Shown piece after piece: positions 13,835 to 27,779 of a DNA stretch of 64,000 bases. The notes beneath the pieces are model-generated. The model had not been told where the DNA came from. It saw nothing but the letters and a program-made list of their open reading frames with translations, and searched no databases. Origin of the DNA: Eledone cirrhosa. Its lineage: Eukaryota. Location: positions 24,118,001 through 24,182,000 of the forward strand of contig OZ024749.1 of the NCBI GenBank assembly GCA_964016885.1, in the 5' to 3' direction. The position numbers and the translations under genes were made by a program. The first letter of the stretch is position 1; each line of letters begins with the position of its first letter.

Positions 13835-14101
13835 GCACATATGTATATATATATACATATATACACGCATATACGATATATGTATATATATATCTATATA
13901 TACACGCATGTACGTATACATACTTATATTTAAGTATCAGCCGTACTAGGAGTGAGAAATCAAATTTCATTTTTACCATTTATCGTTTTCGGTACGCCCG
14001 GCCGACTAACTCACTCGATATGCAAATTCGGCGGCTCAGCCGTTAATATGCAGAAGGAAAGTATATACTTTCAAACGTTCAATCGACTGACAGGAAGGTA
14101 T

Positions 14102-14144
14102 ACGGTGCTGATGACAGCTAATAAGCTAGAAACTAGCTCATCGT
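14102..14144 (+). ncRNA. Degenerate type I hammerhead ribozyme
   Basis: acggtg-CTGATGA-cagct-aata-agcta-GAAA-ctag-CT-catcgt. U16.1 appears mutated to C. Flanks ctgacag/ttgtcag extend stem I. Confidence 0.55.
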
Positions 14145-14411
14145 TCTATTGTCAGTGTTGAACAAAAGGGCAACGATGGTTGTACGGCTAATAATTCGGG
14201 GTGTTTGTTTACAAACAAACCGAGTATTATAATAAATGTTTGGTAAACCCATACGTATATATATATATATATATATATATGTGCATGTATGTATATACAT
14301 ACTACTGTACGTCTGTATACATATGTATATGTACGCATACATGTATATATGTACGTATATATGTACGTATACGTCTGTATACATATATATATATATATAT
14401 ATGTACGTATA

Positions 14412-14463
<52 letters not shown>

Positions 14464-15739
14464 CTTGCGTGTCTTCGTGTATACATATATATTTATATGA
14501 GTGTGTGGGTGTTTGTGTATATATATATATGTTTCTCTAAAATACATGTATGCATTCTTAAAAACACAATCATGATAAGTAATCCTAGCTATTCCGTGTC
14601 TTTTGAAATACCATTTCCATAATTCTGTAATTGCTTATGCATTGTTTAATAACGAAGTTTCCCTTACATACTTTTGCTTTTAGCATCTAGTTATCTAGTT
14701 AAAAATCTTTTTGCCGAATTATTATAATTTCTTCTCTTCTCTCTATATTTATATATATTTTTTATAAGTTTCTTCTCTTCTCTCTAAATTTATATTTTTT
14801 TTTTCCTACATTCAAATGTTTTAAATTTCGAGTTTTCTTTGTTACCATTCCATTTTCTCGTCTCTCTTTTTTAATTTCATTATTTTCTTTTGTCGGGGTC
14901 GATAACTGCTGGCCCTGTGTCAAAAGTAGAAACAATTATTTTCTTTTGTTTAACGGATATCTTCTTATATTTCTTCCGCTGGTTTATGTTTTTTTATCTT
15001 TTTTTTTTTTCTTTTTTTTTGCTATTTTTAAAAAACTGTTTTCATTTATATGTGAGTTGATTACGTTCTATGCCGAAATGCTTTTCGTAAGCAAGAATAT
15101 GTATGATTTATTTTTGTTTCCATGTGATCATTTCAGTTATTCTATATTGCATACCCTTGCATGCATGCACTATTCATTATGTATATAAATATTTCTACTC
15201 TTAAATATAATATATTCCGTATCAGCCGCAAGAACGCATACATATAATAAAAAAACATGGCATGCTAAATGAATCCTACCACATTTGAAGATGTATATAT
15301 ATATCATTTGTTGCACGCAAGCGTTCTAGTACCGTAGATCAGCAACACGTTTGAATATGTGGACTGACACACACGCACAAACACAGGCGCACACACACGG
15401 TCACATACAGACACGGACACACACATACACAATATAAATATATATATATATACTAGAGTGTGTGTGTGTGTGTAAAGATATACTTTTATTTTATATTGAA
15501 ATCATTCTATAGAACTAGAATTGTTTGTTGCTTATTACGTATGAAATCTTGTTTAGTCCTGTAGAAGTCATTTCTACATAAAAGAAGCTCCCATATTCTC
15601 TACCAACGTATTGAGTACGTTTTCCAACTGTCATCACTTTGCCAAGCCAAATGGGAACCCACCCATAATCTCTGGATATCGATCTAAACCCTTATTCTAT
15701 ATATATATATATACATTGTTATACGTATATATGCTTTCC

Positions 15740-15877
15740 AGCATAGTTACGTCCCTTTACGGTCTGAGTTCAAATCCCGCCGTGGTTCACTCTGCCTTTC
15801 ATCCTTACGGGGTCGATAAAATAAAGTACCAGTAATGTACTGGGTATTTGCTGGCCTTGTGCCAAAAGTAGAAACAG

Positions 15878-15880
<3 letters not shown>
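15740..15880 (+). mobile_element. tRNA-derived SINE
   Basis: gagttcaaatcccgcc..tcatccttacggggtcgataaaataaagtaccagt..gccttgtgccaaaagtagaaac. Confidence 0.85.
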
Positions 15881-15912
<32 letters not shown>

Positions 15913-15931
15913 TGACTATATAAATACCCTG

Positions 15932-16020
<89 letters not shown>

Positions 16021-16689
16021 AAGATATTGCCCTCATAGAAGGATAATATACATATTTAATTAAAACAGCTAGCAATGTCATAAAATACCATTGTATTACA
16101 TTCCGTGACCATATGTCGTTCCGCGCCGAACAGAAAGCTGTCATTATGAACGTCTCTGCAGTAATTCAGTGAAATAGATATTTTCAAATTATATTGTCTT
16201 GTATTCATTGCACGCCATCTGTTGGTGAAGACACGTATGAAAATTATTGAAACAGATGGCGTTGTAATATGGGCTTTTTTCACCCTTCCCTCGTTTTCTT
16301 TTATAAATAACAATATATGTTGTATGTTAATGCTGCTAATGCTTTTCATAGGGTTGTTGTTGTTGTTGTAGTTGTTGTTGTTGCTGCTGCTGCTGTTGTT
16401 GTTGTTGTTGTTGTTGCTGTTGTTGTTGCCATAATCGATGCAATATAGCAATAAATAATACAATATATGGCATGCCAAAGACTTTATTTCCAGCCAACCT
16501 AGCTAAATGAGCCAACGAAAATAATTCGAGCCAACTAGGATATTCCGATGCAGATTTCTTCCAACATTGACCATCACGACATTTATTTTAACAATGTTAC
16601 TATTATTATATTACCAGTGTGCTTGTTGTAGCAAAAGAAAAGTAGCGAATCGAACCTATATTCTTCCAGGTTTTCCAAGAATAGCAATT

Positions 16690-16895
16690 TCTACTATAGG
16701 CACAAGGCCAGCAATTTGGGGTAAGTGGGTCTTCGATTAAATCAACTCCATTGCATTACTGGTGCTTTATTTTATCAACCCCAAATGATGTAAGGCACAG
16801 CTCTCCTCAGCTGGATTTGAAATCAGAAAGTAAAGGGTCGGAACTCTATGTCACGAAGCATGGTGTTTGGCACTCTAATGATACTATCAATCCAC
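16690..16895 (-). mobile_element. Diverged SINE copy (reverse orientation)
   Basis: ggcacaaggccagcaa and actggtgctttattttatcaacccc are reverse complements of the SINE consensus. Confidence 0.7.
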
Positions 16896-18203
16896 CGCTC
16901 AGGTCTTCCAAGAATAATGATATCAACGAAGAAGGCTATTCTTACAGGAAAAGCCTGGCCTGATAACTTGCAACAAGTGATCGCCGCTAAAGCCAACAAA
17001 GTGATGGTATTAAATCAAGTGATAGATAAAATCTCTTTCTCTCTTGAAAACGGAGACCCTTATTGTGTGATTGAGGGGAAGTTTGGCTGTTATTTCCAGT
17101 AATTGCTAGAAACTACTTTTTTGATGCAAAACATCGTCTATTACTTATATAAATGCAACGGGAGTTAACTTATAAATTTACTTCATTCGCTTCGAAGTAT
17201 ATTTCATATACATCATTAAGATTTGCCATAATACATATTGTCATGCTTAAGTATATCTCCTTGACGAACTAAATATATTAATATATGATTAAAATTTAGC
17301 TCAGGCATAGCTGTATAAATAAGATTAAGTGCATTTCGTATATCTAAAGATATACTGTATATTTAATAAATAAACAATTTGAAAGCCTAGCTATGAATAT
17401 TGAAAGGCTGTAGGTTAGCGACACATAGGGGATTCCAGCAGAAGCAGCGGGGGACGATTGTCTATGCACATTTCAAGGTGCATAGACAATCATCAGGATT
17501 GAGGTTCATATTGACAGAATCGTTAGACCATCAGATAGAATACTTTGCAAAATTCGTTCCAGTTCTCTGATCTCTCAGATCAAATCACGCCAAAGTGAAC
17601 TTTTCCCTTCGTCATTTCGATGCCAATATAAACAAATACCAGTTCCTTTCTCTCGCAATCTATTCTTCTCGAAGAAATATGCCGTCTTCAGAACATATGA
17701 TACCTATATACATACATACCTACATGATGGCTGGCCCCTCATTATCGAGTATGACCATTGCACGATATACCATTATTAATAATTATTAATTAATTCTATT
17801 GTGCAATGCCTGTGCATGAAGATATTTTTTAAAGTGAGGAAAGACTGGACTGAGCCAATCCCACTCTCTGAGCGACAGTAGCTAGAACCCGAAAAGAAGA
17901 AAGGATCAACATCAACGGTAACTACTGAGCCGCAGGTTTTATATCGGAGTTATCCCAGTTTCCTGAATGCCCTGACAAAGGCTAGGGGTCCTTCACTCCC
18001 AGTGGTTTAACCGCGCTGTACATGTGTATATACATATTTACACACTTTCGGATGGCCGTTGACTCGTGTGAGTTCTTCTGCCCTTTGTCAGGTTTGGTTT
18101 TTGTCCTGCAGGGTGTCCAAAATCTACCTCCTCACCGAGTAAACTTGGTGGGGTGGCCTGTTTAGTCGCCGACGACCCGACCATGCGACTTACATACATA
18201 CAT

Positions 18204-18283
<80 letters not shown>

Positions 18284-18292
18284 ATATATATG

Positions 18293-18326
<34 letters not shown>

Positions 18327-18459
18327 TGTATGTATGTATGTATGTATGTATGTATGTATGTATGTATGTATGTGTGTATGTATGTATGTATGTATGTATA
18401 TATTACAAGATTACAAGGTTAGTATTATTATTACTTTTTTTTTTTTTTTTTTTCCAATT

Positions 18460-21400
18460 CAATGATGTTCCAGAACAATATAAAAGAGATAATTGGCAAT
18501 TTAGGTTCTGGAACAAAAAATATAATTGGCAATAAGGGCAGGGACCCCAGGTTATCACAGCCTGGGCCCGCTCGTCATCGTGCCATTGTAATAGAGCCAA
18601 ACAAGGCATTTAGTCTTGGCTGCTGGAACGTACGGACGCTGCTTGACAGGAATTCCTTGGAGCGTCCTGAACGAAGGACCGCTCTTGTTGCAAAGGAGCT
18701 TCGACGTTACGATCTTCACATCGTGGCTTTATCTGAGACGAGGTTAGCTGGAGATGGTCATCTTACAGAATTTTGTGGAGAATATACATTCTTCTGGAAA
18801 GGAAGAGACGAAGGAACCAGAAGAGAGGCTGGGGTAGGATTTGCTGTTAAGACTGTTCTTGTGAATAAATTAGAAGAATTCCCAGTAGGGATTAGTGAGC
18901 GTCTTATGTCCATGAGAATTCCGCTGGACAAAGGAAGATATGCAACCCTGGTGAGTGTGTATGCTACAACTATGAATTCTGTCGATGAAGAAAAAGTATC
19001 CTTTTACCATGCCTTGAAAGGTGTTTTAAGAAATATCCCTCAGGCAGACAAAGTCATCGTGCTTGGTGACTTTAACGCTAGAGTGCGTAGGGATTTTAAC
19101 ACATGGAATGTAATCAGAAGGCATGTGGTGGGAAAGTATAACAACAATGGTATGCTCCTGCTGCAGATGGGTGAGGAGCTGGATCTGTATGGTACCAACA
19201 CCATGTTCCAACAAAAGAACAAATTCAAGATCACATGAATGCATCCTGCATCTAAGGAATGGCATCTTTTGGACTACGTTCTAGTCAGGTTGCGTGACAG
19301 ACAGGATGTGCAGTGTGTTCGTGCTCTTCGTGGAGCTAAGTGCTGGACGGTCCACCGCCTGGTACGCGCAAAAGTGAAACTAATCACTAAACGTAAAATC
19401 TGGGCTCCTGATGTTGCCCTGCCCAAAAGATTGAATGCTGTTCGTCTTAAGGATAAAAATGTGAAGAGGACATTGGAAGAAGAGATGCAGGCTGCAGATC
19501 TTGGTGAGGATTGGCCGACCCTTAAAAAGTCGGTTTATGATGTAGGCAGGCGTGTTCTGTGATTGATGCAGAGAAAACGTCAGGACTGGTTTAATGAGAA
19601 TGATGTACATATAGAAGACTTGTTGGCTGATAATAGGCGTGCTCTGTCACGCTACTTGACGGCAAAACCACTGGAGAGGAATACGTTGCACGAGGAACTC
19701 AAGGATGTAAAATCACGTGTTAGGCGGAGTCTTTCTCAGATGAAGGATCAGTGGTGGATTGAGAAGGCTGGTGAGATACAAACTGCGTCAGATTCCAATA
19801 ACACAAAGCTGTGGACAGTCTCTTGCGTGAGGTTTATGGACTGTCTTCTTCTCTGGTGGCACCGTTTCGCAGTAAGGATGGCAAAGAACTTCTTCGTGAC
19901 TCACAAGGAATTCTACGAAGGTGGAGAGAGCACTTTGATGATCTTTTGAATAAGCCGTCTGTCGTCAGTGAAGTTTTCCTCAATCTCATTCCAGAAAGTG
20001 CCGTGAAAGTAGCTCTCGCAGAACCTCCGACGCTTGTGGAGGTTGCAGTGGCTATCTCGAAGCTGAACAGTGGAAGGTCTCCAGGTATGGATGGCATACA
20101 TGCTGAGCTCCTACAATATAGTGGTGAGACACTCCTGCAATATCTTCACTCTTTGTTTGGCAGGATATGGGCTAATGAATCCGTACCTGAGGACTGGAGA
20201 GATGCAGTAATGGGGGTCTTGTACAAGGGAAAGGGTAACAGGAATGATTGTGGGAACTACAGAGGTATATCATTGCTTTCTGTCGTAGGGAAAATTTTAT
20301 GTAGGGTGCTTCTGGACCGTCTGCTGACACACATTGCAGATTGTGTTTTCCTGAAAGTCAATCTGGTTTTCGTGCTGGACGCGGCACTAGTGATATGATC
20401 TTCTCAGCTAGACAGCTCCAGGAGAAGTGCATGGAACAAGGTTTGGATCTGTATCAGGTTTTTGTCGATCTGACAAAAGCTTTCGATACTGTTAACAGAG
20501 ATGCATAATGGAAGGTTCTCCAGAAACTTGGTTGCCCTGATAAGTTCCTTGCTTTAGTTAGGCCTTTCCATGACGACATGAAGGCTTGGGTTAATGTCGG
20601 AGGTAACATGTCGGAGCCTATCTCAGTAAAAAATGGAGTGAAACAGGGGGATATTCCAGCACCGACCCTGTTTGCCATATATTTTGCAATGGTTTTCTGT
20701 ATTGCATTCAGGAATTGCGAGCATGGTGTTTACATCCGATATCGAACCTCAGGCAGCATATTTAACATCAGGCGCTTTGCTGCGAAGACAAAAGTATTTA
20801 TATCAATCATAAGAGACCACTTGTATGCAGATGATTGCGATCTTGTAGCGCACACAGAGAGTGATATGCAGCACATTTTGAATGCATTTTCTGACGCTTG
20901 CACTGCCCTAGGATTGACTGTCAGTCTCAAGAAAACCGTCGTCATGTACCAACCTGCCGCTGGTAAGCAGTACACTGAACCAAATATCTATGTGTATAGT
21001 AAACGACTTGGAGTGGTTGATCAGTTTGTCTACCTGGGAAGCACTGTCAATCGATACAGCAACCTTGACAGTGAAATCTCACTTAGAATTAGGAAAGCAA
21101 ATGATGCCTTCGGAAAGCTAGAAAGGCGACTCTGGGGTCGGCGAGACATATGCAGGAGGACAAAGGTAAAGGTGTACAAGGCATGTGTGCTCTCTTGTCT
21201 TCTTTATGCCTGCGAGACCTGGGTCACATATCGACACCACCTTAAGCAATTGGAGCGTTTCCATCAGATGTGTCTCAGACGGATCCATGGCGTTCACTGG
21301 AGGGACCACATCAGTGATGTCGAGATTTTGGAAAGTTCTATGTGTGACAGTATAGAAGCTCTTGTGCTTAAGCAACGACTTCGTTGGAGTGGTCACCTTG

Positions 21401-22167
21401 CCAGGATGAAGGATTCTAGAATACCAAAACAACTCTTTTATGGAGAGTTGGTTAAAGGAAAACGACCGCCACATAAACCAAAAAAGAGGTATAAGGATTC
21501 CTTGAAAGCCTCTTTGAAAAACGCTAACATCTCTGCTGATACATGGGAAAATATTGCTGCTGATCGTAATAAATGGAGAAAAACTGTATATGAGGGAAAA
21601 GTTGCCTTTGAGGCATCTCGAATCGCATACGAGAAAGTAAAGCGGGATGTAAGGAAGGGCATTGCTGTTGCACCTCCAGACGGCGAGGGACCACCTATGG
21701 TGCTGACATGCAGCGTCTGTGTGAGACTCTGCCTAAGCAAAGCTGGACTCGAAAGTCATCTTCGCAGTCATAAAGTAAGACCAGTGGTTGACTATCAGGC
21801 TGCTGTTGGAGATGCTTTTCATCATGCTTGCCAAACATGTGGTAGAGAATGTAAATCAGCAGGAGGGCTCAAGCGACATGCAAAAGTACATGAACTCCAA
21901 CCACAGCCGGCTATTCCCAGTGAATGTTTTGGTTGCCGACTCTGTGCAAGACATTTTAGATCATTGGCTGGGTTAAAAAGCCACATTCGATCACCGTGCT
22001 GTTAGTTGCGATCGTGTGTGTGTGTGTGTATATATATGTTTATGTGTGCGCGTGTGTGTATATATATATGTATATGTATATTATTATTGTTGTTATTATT
22101 ATTATTTTTATTGTTATTAATGTATATGTGTGTATGTATATATATATATGTGTGTATATATGTATAT

Positions 22168-22203
<36 letters not shown>

Positions 22204-22303
22204 TTCTTTTTGTTTATTTTATTTTATTTTTTATTTATCTATAAATTTTTTTTTTTTCTCCTCGTGCAATGGCCATACTCGATAACGAGGTGGCAGCCAT
22301 CAT
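18460..22303 (+). mobile_element. RTE-clade (BovB-like) LINE, near full length, disrupted ORF: APE endonuclease, RT and three C2H2 zinc fingers
   Basis: APE motifs GCWNVRTL..ERRTALVAKEL..ALSETR and LGDFNA. RT motifs YRGISLLS, FVDLTKAFD, GVKQG and LYADD; then LRWSGHLARM and three CxxC-x12-H fingers. In-frame stops near 19238, 19562 and 20508 plus frameshifts. The 3' terminus atggccatactcgataacgaggtggcagccatcat follows a microsatellite insert. Confidence 0.95.
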
Positions 22304-22419
22304 GTATGTATGTTCTTCTGGTTTTATAATTTCACAAATGTTTGCCAATAGAGAGAGAGTCGGTTTCTAACATAAACACAAGACTCTCTCATTGGAATTT
22401 ACACATCAACTCGGTAGAT

Positions 22420-22765
22420 ATGTAGGCATGTCTGCATGCATGTATGTGTAGATATGCTATTGTATGTGTGGATGTGTATGTTTTGAGTTGTATGTGTGCA
22501 TGTGTATATGCTTAGTATCTGTACATGTGTATATGCAGTTATTAGATGCAACATTTTTGGAATGTTTTACATATTTTTACTGTTCCATTAATGGATTGTA
22601 CTTGTAATTTCCTAACTAGATGTGTTCTTTCTGTTAAGCCTAGCTTCACAAGATTTGTATAGAGGCAGTACTAACATACCCCAGTGCCCCAATAATCACA
22701 GGCATAAATCTGAAGGTGTAATTAGGGTGGAGTATCTGTAGATTTCTCATCAGTTCTGCATAAAT
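22420..22765 (-). mobile_element. 3' remnant of a restriction-like-endonuclease (R4/Dong/NeSL-type) non-LTR element
   Basis: The minus strand encodes [30 protein letters not shown] and, further on, LQVQSINGTVKICKTF. These resemble RLE-LINE C-termini. Confidence 0.6.
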
Positions 22766-22845
22766 ATGTATACATGTATGTAGGTATGTATGTATATAGG
22801 TGTCTTGTGTTCTGAAAACAGCAGGAAAATATGTCTGTGCATATA

Positions 22846-22924
<79 letters not shown>

Positions 22925-22927
<3 letters not shown>

Positions 22928-23120
22928 AAAAAGAATGACCCCGAAGGCAGAGCACAAGCCGTTTCGACAGCTATTTCTGGAGTCCAGAAATAGCCGTCGA
23001 AACGGCTTGAGCTCTGCCGTCGGGGTCATACTTTTCCCTATTTCCCACTCTACTACTCTAAGTATTGAGTACTCTGGTGCGTTATGGTCCACCCGTTTCC
23101 TTTCCACATTTCCTTTGTTA
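22925..23120 (+). mobile_element. pLTR fragment with half-hammerhead and 5' fold-back inversion
   Basis: Imperfect inverted repeat 22925-23040 centred on atttctgga-g-tccagaaat. The right arm carries GAAA-cggc..gccg-TC-ggggtc. Confidence 0.65.
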
Positions 23121-23264
23121 TATATATATATATATACACACATACATTCATACATATATACATGTATGCATACCTTCCTACATACATACATACATAAACA
23201 CATACATACGTACCTACATATACACACACCTTAGATTCCATTCCCTTCAGCCATATTCACGGCT

Positions 23265-23470
23265 GAATGAACCCTCAGGATGATGAATGAAGACTAGGCA
23301 AGGTTAAACCTCAGCTATTGCTGGTACGCATTTCCAGCTGAGTATATTGGAACAGCGCGAAAGGAAATGTTTTGCTCAAGAACACAACACGCAACCCAGC
23401 CTATGAATCAGACACACGTCAGTATGATCGTAAATTCAGCACCCATACCACTAGCCTTCCATGTGCCTCC
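23265..23470 (-). mobile_element. Second SINE family, diverged copy
   Basis: tgctcaagaacacaacacgc..gaatc..cgatcgtaa..accactag is the reverse of a tRNA-like head followed by gtgttcttgagca; related to the copies at 45377 and 46800. Confidence 0.55.
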
Positions 23471-25153
23471 ATGCGATTGTATAGCGTTTCTACAAAATTA
23501 GACATACAAATAGATGTAATTTGAACATACATATGATGATGGTGGTATGGGCCTGTAACACTTGATACAGTCGTAGGAGCACCGTATTGACGTACGGCGT
23601 TTCTTGGGCATTTAAACCTGGTGGAGCCCATCCGTCTCCGAGTCCTGAGCACAGCAGATTTCTTGCAAAGAAGAGAGGAAACTAGAAAGAGATATAGAGG
23701 AAAATTCGACTTCATTACTAGACAGGTACTTTTTTTATCGACCTAGAAATGATGAAAGCCAGAACGAATACCATAAAGCATTCTATCCAACGTTCTAACA
23801 ACTCTGCCAATTTGCCACCTATTCACTCACACATGCATATATATTATTTACGTCTATAGAATTCCCTGTTGAGAGAGAAATGTAAATGGGAAATATAACG
23901 ATGATTAAAGTAAGCTCAATAATAGCCAAGATGGAAAGAGCGGAGTGGCGAGGTTCATTGACAATGTCTTGAAACAGCGAAAATTGAAATTATATACTAA
24001 CAAATCCTATTAAACCATCCTGCTGCGTTTAAATCGGTCATTGTAAAATAGATGCCATATTATACGACCTCAGTTCGATAATATGTAAATAGGAATTAAT
24101 ACAACATATATCACCTAAATCTCCATATGATTTAGTGAATTGTGTGTATAAATTAGCTGTGGTGGTTATTTTAATGAGCATTTAACCCGGAAATTCTGCG
24201 AAATTGGCGTACATGTTTTATGACCAATAAATATATATTTATGGTGCTATAACTATGTGCTAATACTTGATGATACATTTTCATTAGAGCATTAAAACTA
24301 TATTGTAAATAGATAATTGCAAATGGAAGTTACAAATGCATAGCTGAAGATTAGTTCCATTTTAGCGATATGGCGTGAGGCATAGCTATGTGGTTCATCA
24401 TTTAGCCATAGAAGTACGTGGGGTCTAATGTTATACCGCTTTGCAGCAACTGCTCATCATTTTAAACAAGCGACATTTACCATAAGTTCTATAACTATGT
24501 CTTGTGGCTGAATTATGTAATACGGAAACTGAAACGAAAACCACAGGACACCATATATTCTCTTTCTCGTTTGTAAAACTAATACGTCTTTCTTTTAGTG
24601 CAAGTTTGTGTATATTGGGGCACTTTTCTTGAGCCCTTACTGTTCAAAATCATTCGTATCCTGCCCCACTGTTTGTAGATAACATTCTTTCCTCACATCG
24701 TTTGTAGTTTCGAATATTATTTTTTGTGTGGTTAATAGAAAATTGGTTTGAAACAAAATACTCCTTATATTTTTCTACTAACCTTCTTAAACAAATCAGC
24801 CCCAAAAGACGAACAAATGGTTAAGCCACCACGAGTTTCATCGATTTGTTAGAAAATAGGAACCACATGTTGCGGATAACTCACCATTTCTACTTAAATT
24901 ATAACAAATCATATCCATACGATAATATTCAAAAGATAGGGTTTGCTCATTCATATTTTGGTGGTACAGTGTTAGCAGTAGTGATTTATCGAATCCAAGA
25001 TAGATTTTTAAATTACAGGTAGAATGACAATAACATTTGATAAAGTGAAAATACAATATAGATGTACGTATACACATTCTTGAATGTTCATGCATAAATG
25101 CATATATATATATATATATATATAAGGGTTAAAATACTGGAGCGTGTTGGAGT

Positions 25154-25204
<51 letters not shown>

Positions 25205-25205
25205 T

Positions 25206-25237
<32 letters not shown>

Positions 25238-25402
25238 CACACACATATATATATATATATATATACATGCATGTATTCAGATGTATGCATATTTTTATAT
25301 ATATGTACATATATGTATATAAATGTATATATATGTATACTAATATATATATATATGTGTATATATGTAAACTTATATATATATATACACACACACACAC
25401 AT

Positions 25403-25460
<58 letters not shown>

Positions 25461-25541
25461 GTTATTCCGGGTTGAATCGGAGGTAACCACAGTAAGTAAG
25501 GTACTCAATACATAGCAGAGTATAAAAGTTTTAATATAGAT

Positions 25542-25594
25542 GAGATTCTACAGGACTAGAACTGTTTCATTCATTAGAAATCATCAGGAATCTC
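25542..25594 (-). ncRNA. Type I hammerhead ribozyme (left arm of fold-back)
   Basis: gagattc-CTGATGA-tttctaatgaat-GAAA-cag-ttctagtc-ctg-TA-gaatctc, with a 7 bp stem I and a GUA triplet. Confidence 0.85.
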
Positions 25595-25643
25595 GATTGC
25601 TGATGATTTCTAATGAATGAAACAGTTCTAGTCCTGTAGAATC
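25595..25643 (+). ncRNA. Type I hammerhead ribozyme (right arm of fold-back; stem I mismatch)
   Basis: gattg-CTGATGA-tttctaatgaat-GAAA-cagttctagtcctg-TA-gaatc. Confidence 0.7.
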
Positions 25644-25646
25644 TCA

Positions 25647-25690
<44 letters not shown>

Positions 25691-25707
25691 TACACACATA
25701 CACACAT

Positions 25708-25748
<41 letters not shown>

Positions 25749-25929
25749 GCGATGTGTGTTAAAGTAAATTGAAGGAAGGCTGGTAGGCTTGCATAGTAAA
25801 GCTTTGCTATGCAAAGCAATGCGCGCGTCCAGGGGTTCCCTGTTATTTTCAACAATCAATTTATTTAATGATCCAGAAAACCTATTAACCGCACAAACAG
25901 TTCAATACATTTCTTGTTGGCGTTGTTCT

Positions 25930-26104
25930 TGATGATGATGATGATGATCATTATCATCATCATGTCGTTATTCTTGATGATGATGATGATGATGATGTGG
26001 ATGTGGATGATGTCCACAGACAACTAGAAATAAAGTAAATAACTTAACCAATGCGATAATATTATATTTGAATTGTCTTCATCATCATCATCTTCATCAT
26101 CACT

Positions 26105-26141
<37 letters not shown>

Positions 26142-26143
26142 CT

Positions 26144-26174
<31 letters not shown>

Positions 26175-26182
26175 GCATCACT

Positions 26183-26216
<34 letters not shown>

Positions 26217-27330
26217 GCATCACTATCATCATCATCATCATGATCATCATCATTGCCATCCCCTTCCGCATCACTCCCATTGGTCACCATTAGCATCATC
26301 ATCACCATCATCAACATCATGATCATCATTATCATCCTCATCATCATCATCATCATCATCATCATTGTAATCCCCTTCCCCATCACTCCCATTGGTCACC
26401 ATTGGCATCATCGTCACAATCATCATCATCATCGTCATTGTCATCCCCTTCCCCATCACTCCCATTGGTCACCATTAGCATCATCGTCATCATCATCATC
26501 ATCATCATCATCATTATCCACCCCTTCCCCATCACTCCCATTGGTCACCATTGGCATCATCGTCACAATCATCATCATCATCATCATCATCCTCATTGTC
26601 ATCCCCTTCCCCATCACTCCCATTGGTCACCATTGGCATCATCGTCACAATCATCATCATCATCATCATTATGCTCCCCTTCCACTTCATTCCCATTGGT
26701 CACCATTTGCATCATCGTCATCATCATCATCATCATCATCATTGCCATCCCCTTCTGCATCACTCCCATTGGTCACCATTGGCATCATCGTCACAATCAT
26801 CATCATCATCATCATCAACATTGTCACAATCATCATTATCATCATCATCGTTCTCATGTAGGCGTTGATGATAATGAGGTATCGTTGAAAGTACTGATGA
26901 GGTTGATTATGGGGGTGATGATGATGATGATGATGATGACATTGATGATGATGATGGTGGTGATGATGATGATGACGTTGATGATGATGATGGTGGTGAT
27001 GGTGATGATGACGTTGATGATGATAATGGTGTTGATGGTGATGATGACGTTGATGATGATAAGGGTGGTGATGGTGATGATGACTTTGATGATGATAATG
27101 GTGGTGATGTTGATGATGACGTTGATGATGATGATGGTGGTGATGGGGATGATGACATTGATGATGATAATGGTGGTGATGGTGATGATGACGTTGATGA
27201 TGATAATGGTGGTGATGGTGATGATGGCGTTGATGATGATAAGGGTGGTGATGGTGATGATGACGTTGATGATGATAAGGGTGGTGATGGTGATGATGAA
27301 CATTTAACCGCTGATTATGAAGAAGTTGAC

Positions 27331-27368
<38 letters not shown>

Positions 27369-27420
27369 CGATGATGTCAATAATTTTGATGGTGATATTT
27401 ACCGAGATGACGATGATGTT
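25930..27420. repeat. (CAT)n/(ATG)n microsatellite-derived minisatellite with polarity switch at ~26860
   Basis: (CAT)n tracts are interspersed with repeated cccttccccatcactcccattggtcaccatt units, then switch to (GAT/GGT)n ~33 bp units. Confidence 0.9.
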
Positions 27421-27779
27421 GTAATGCGTATTATCTCATCTGTCTTTCTCTTTGCGTAAACCAAACCATTTTCCCTTACAATCACTTCACTCATCTTTCT
27501 CACCTTCCCTTTATCCTTTTATCGTTTTATTCTCTTTCCCTCCCATTACCTTCTGTTCTCCTCCGCTGAGACTTTCATACGAACATTCCCCCCCCCCCTC
27601 ATCAACCACACACCCACCAGTTTTCACGTGACATGTTTGGTTGCTGTGCATTAGTTCTTAATTACCCAAATACTTATGTCCCTACTCTGATTGGTTATTT
27701 TTCCAATTTTCGAATTTCCCTACAGGGATTTCATGTTTACTTACATACATTAGGTTAAGTGGAACTTTACTGATGAGTC

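Noticed and set aside
15535-15690. Apparent minus-strand exon (open frame between AG and GT)
   Set aside because: The + strand matches the 25.6 kb pLTR family (atgaaa..tagtcctgtagaa..tattgagtac), so it is a decayed half-HHR repeat. The acceptor also lacks a pyrimidine tract.
17455-17491. 14 bp hairpin gattgtctatgcac/gtgcatagacaatc
   Set aside because: It is isolated and single-copy in the window, with no ribozyme core or other context.
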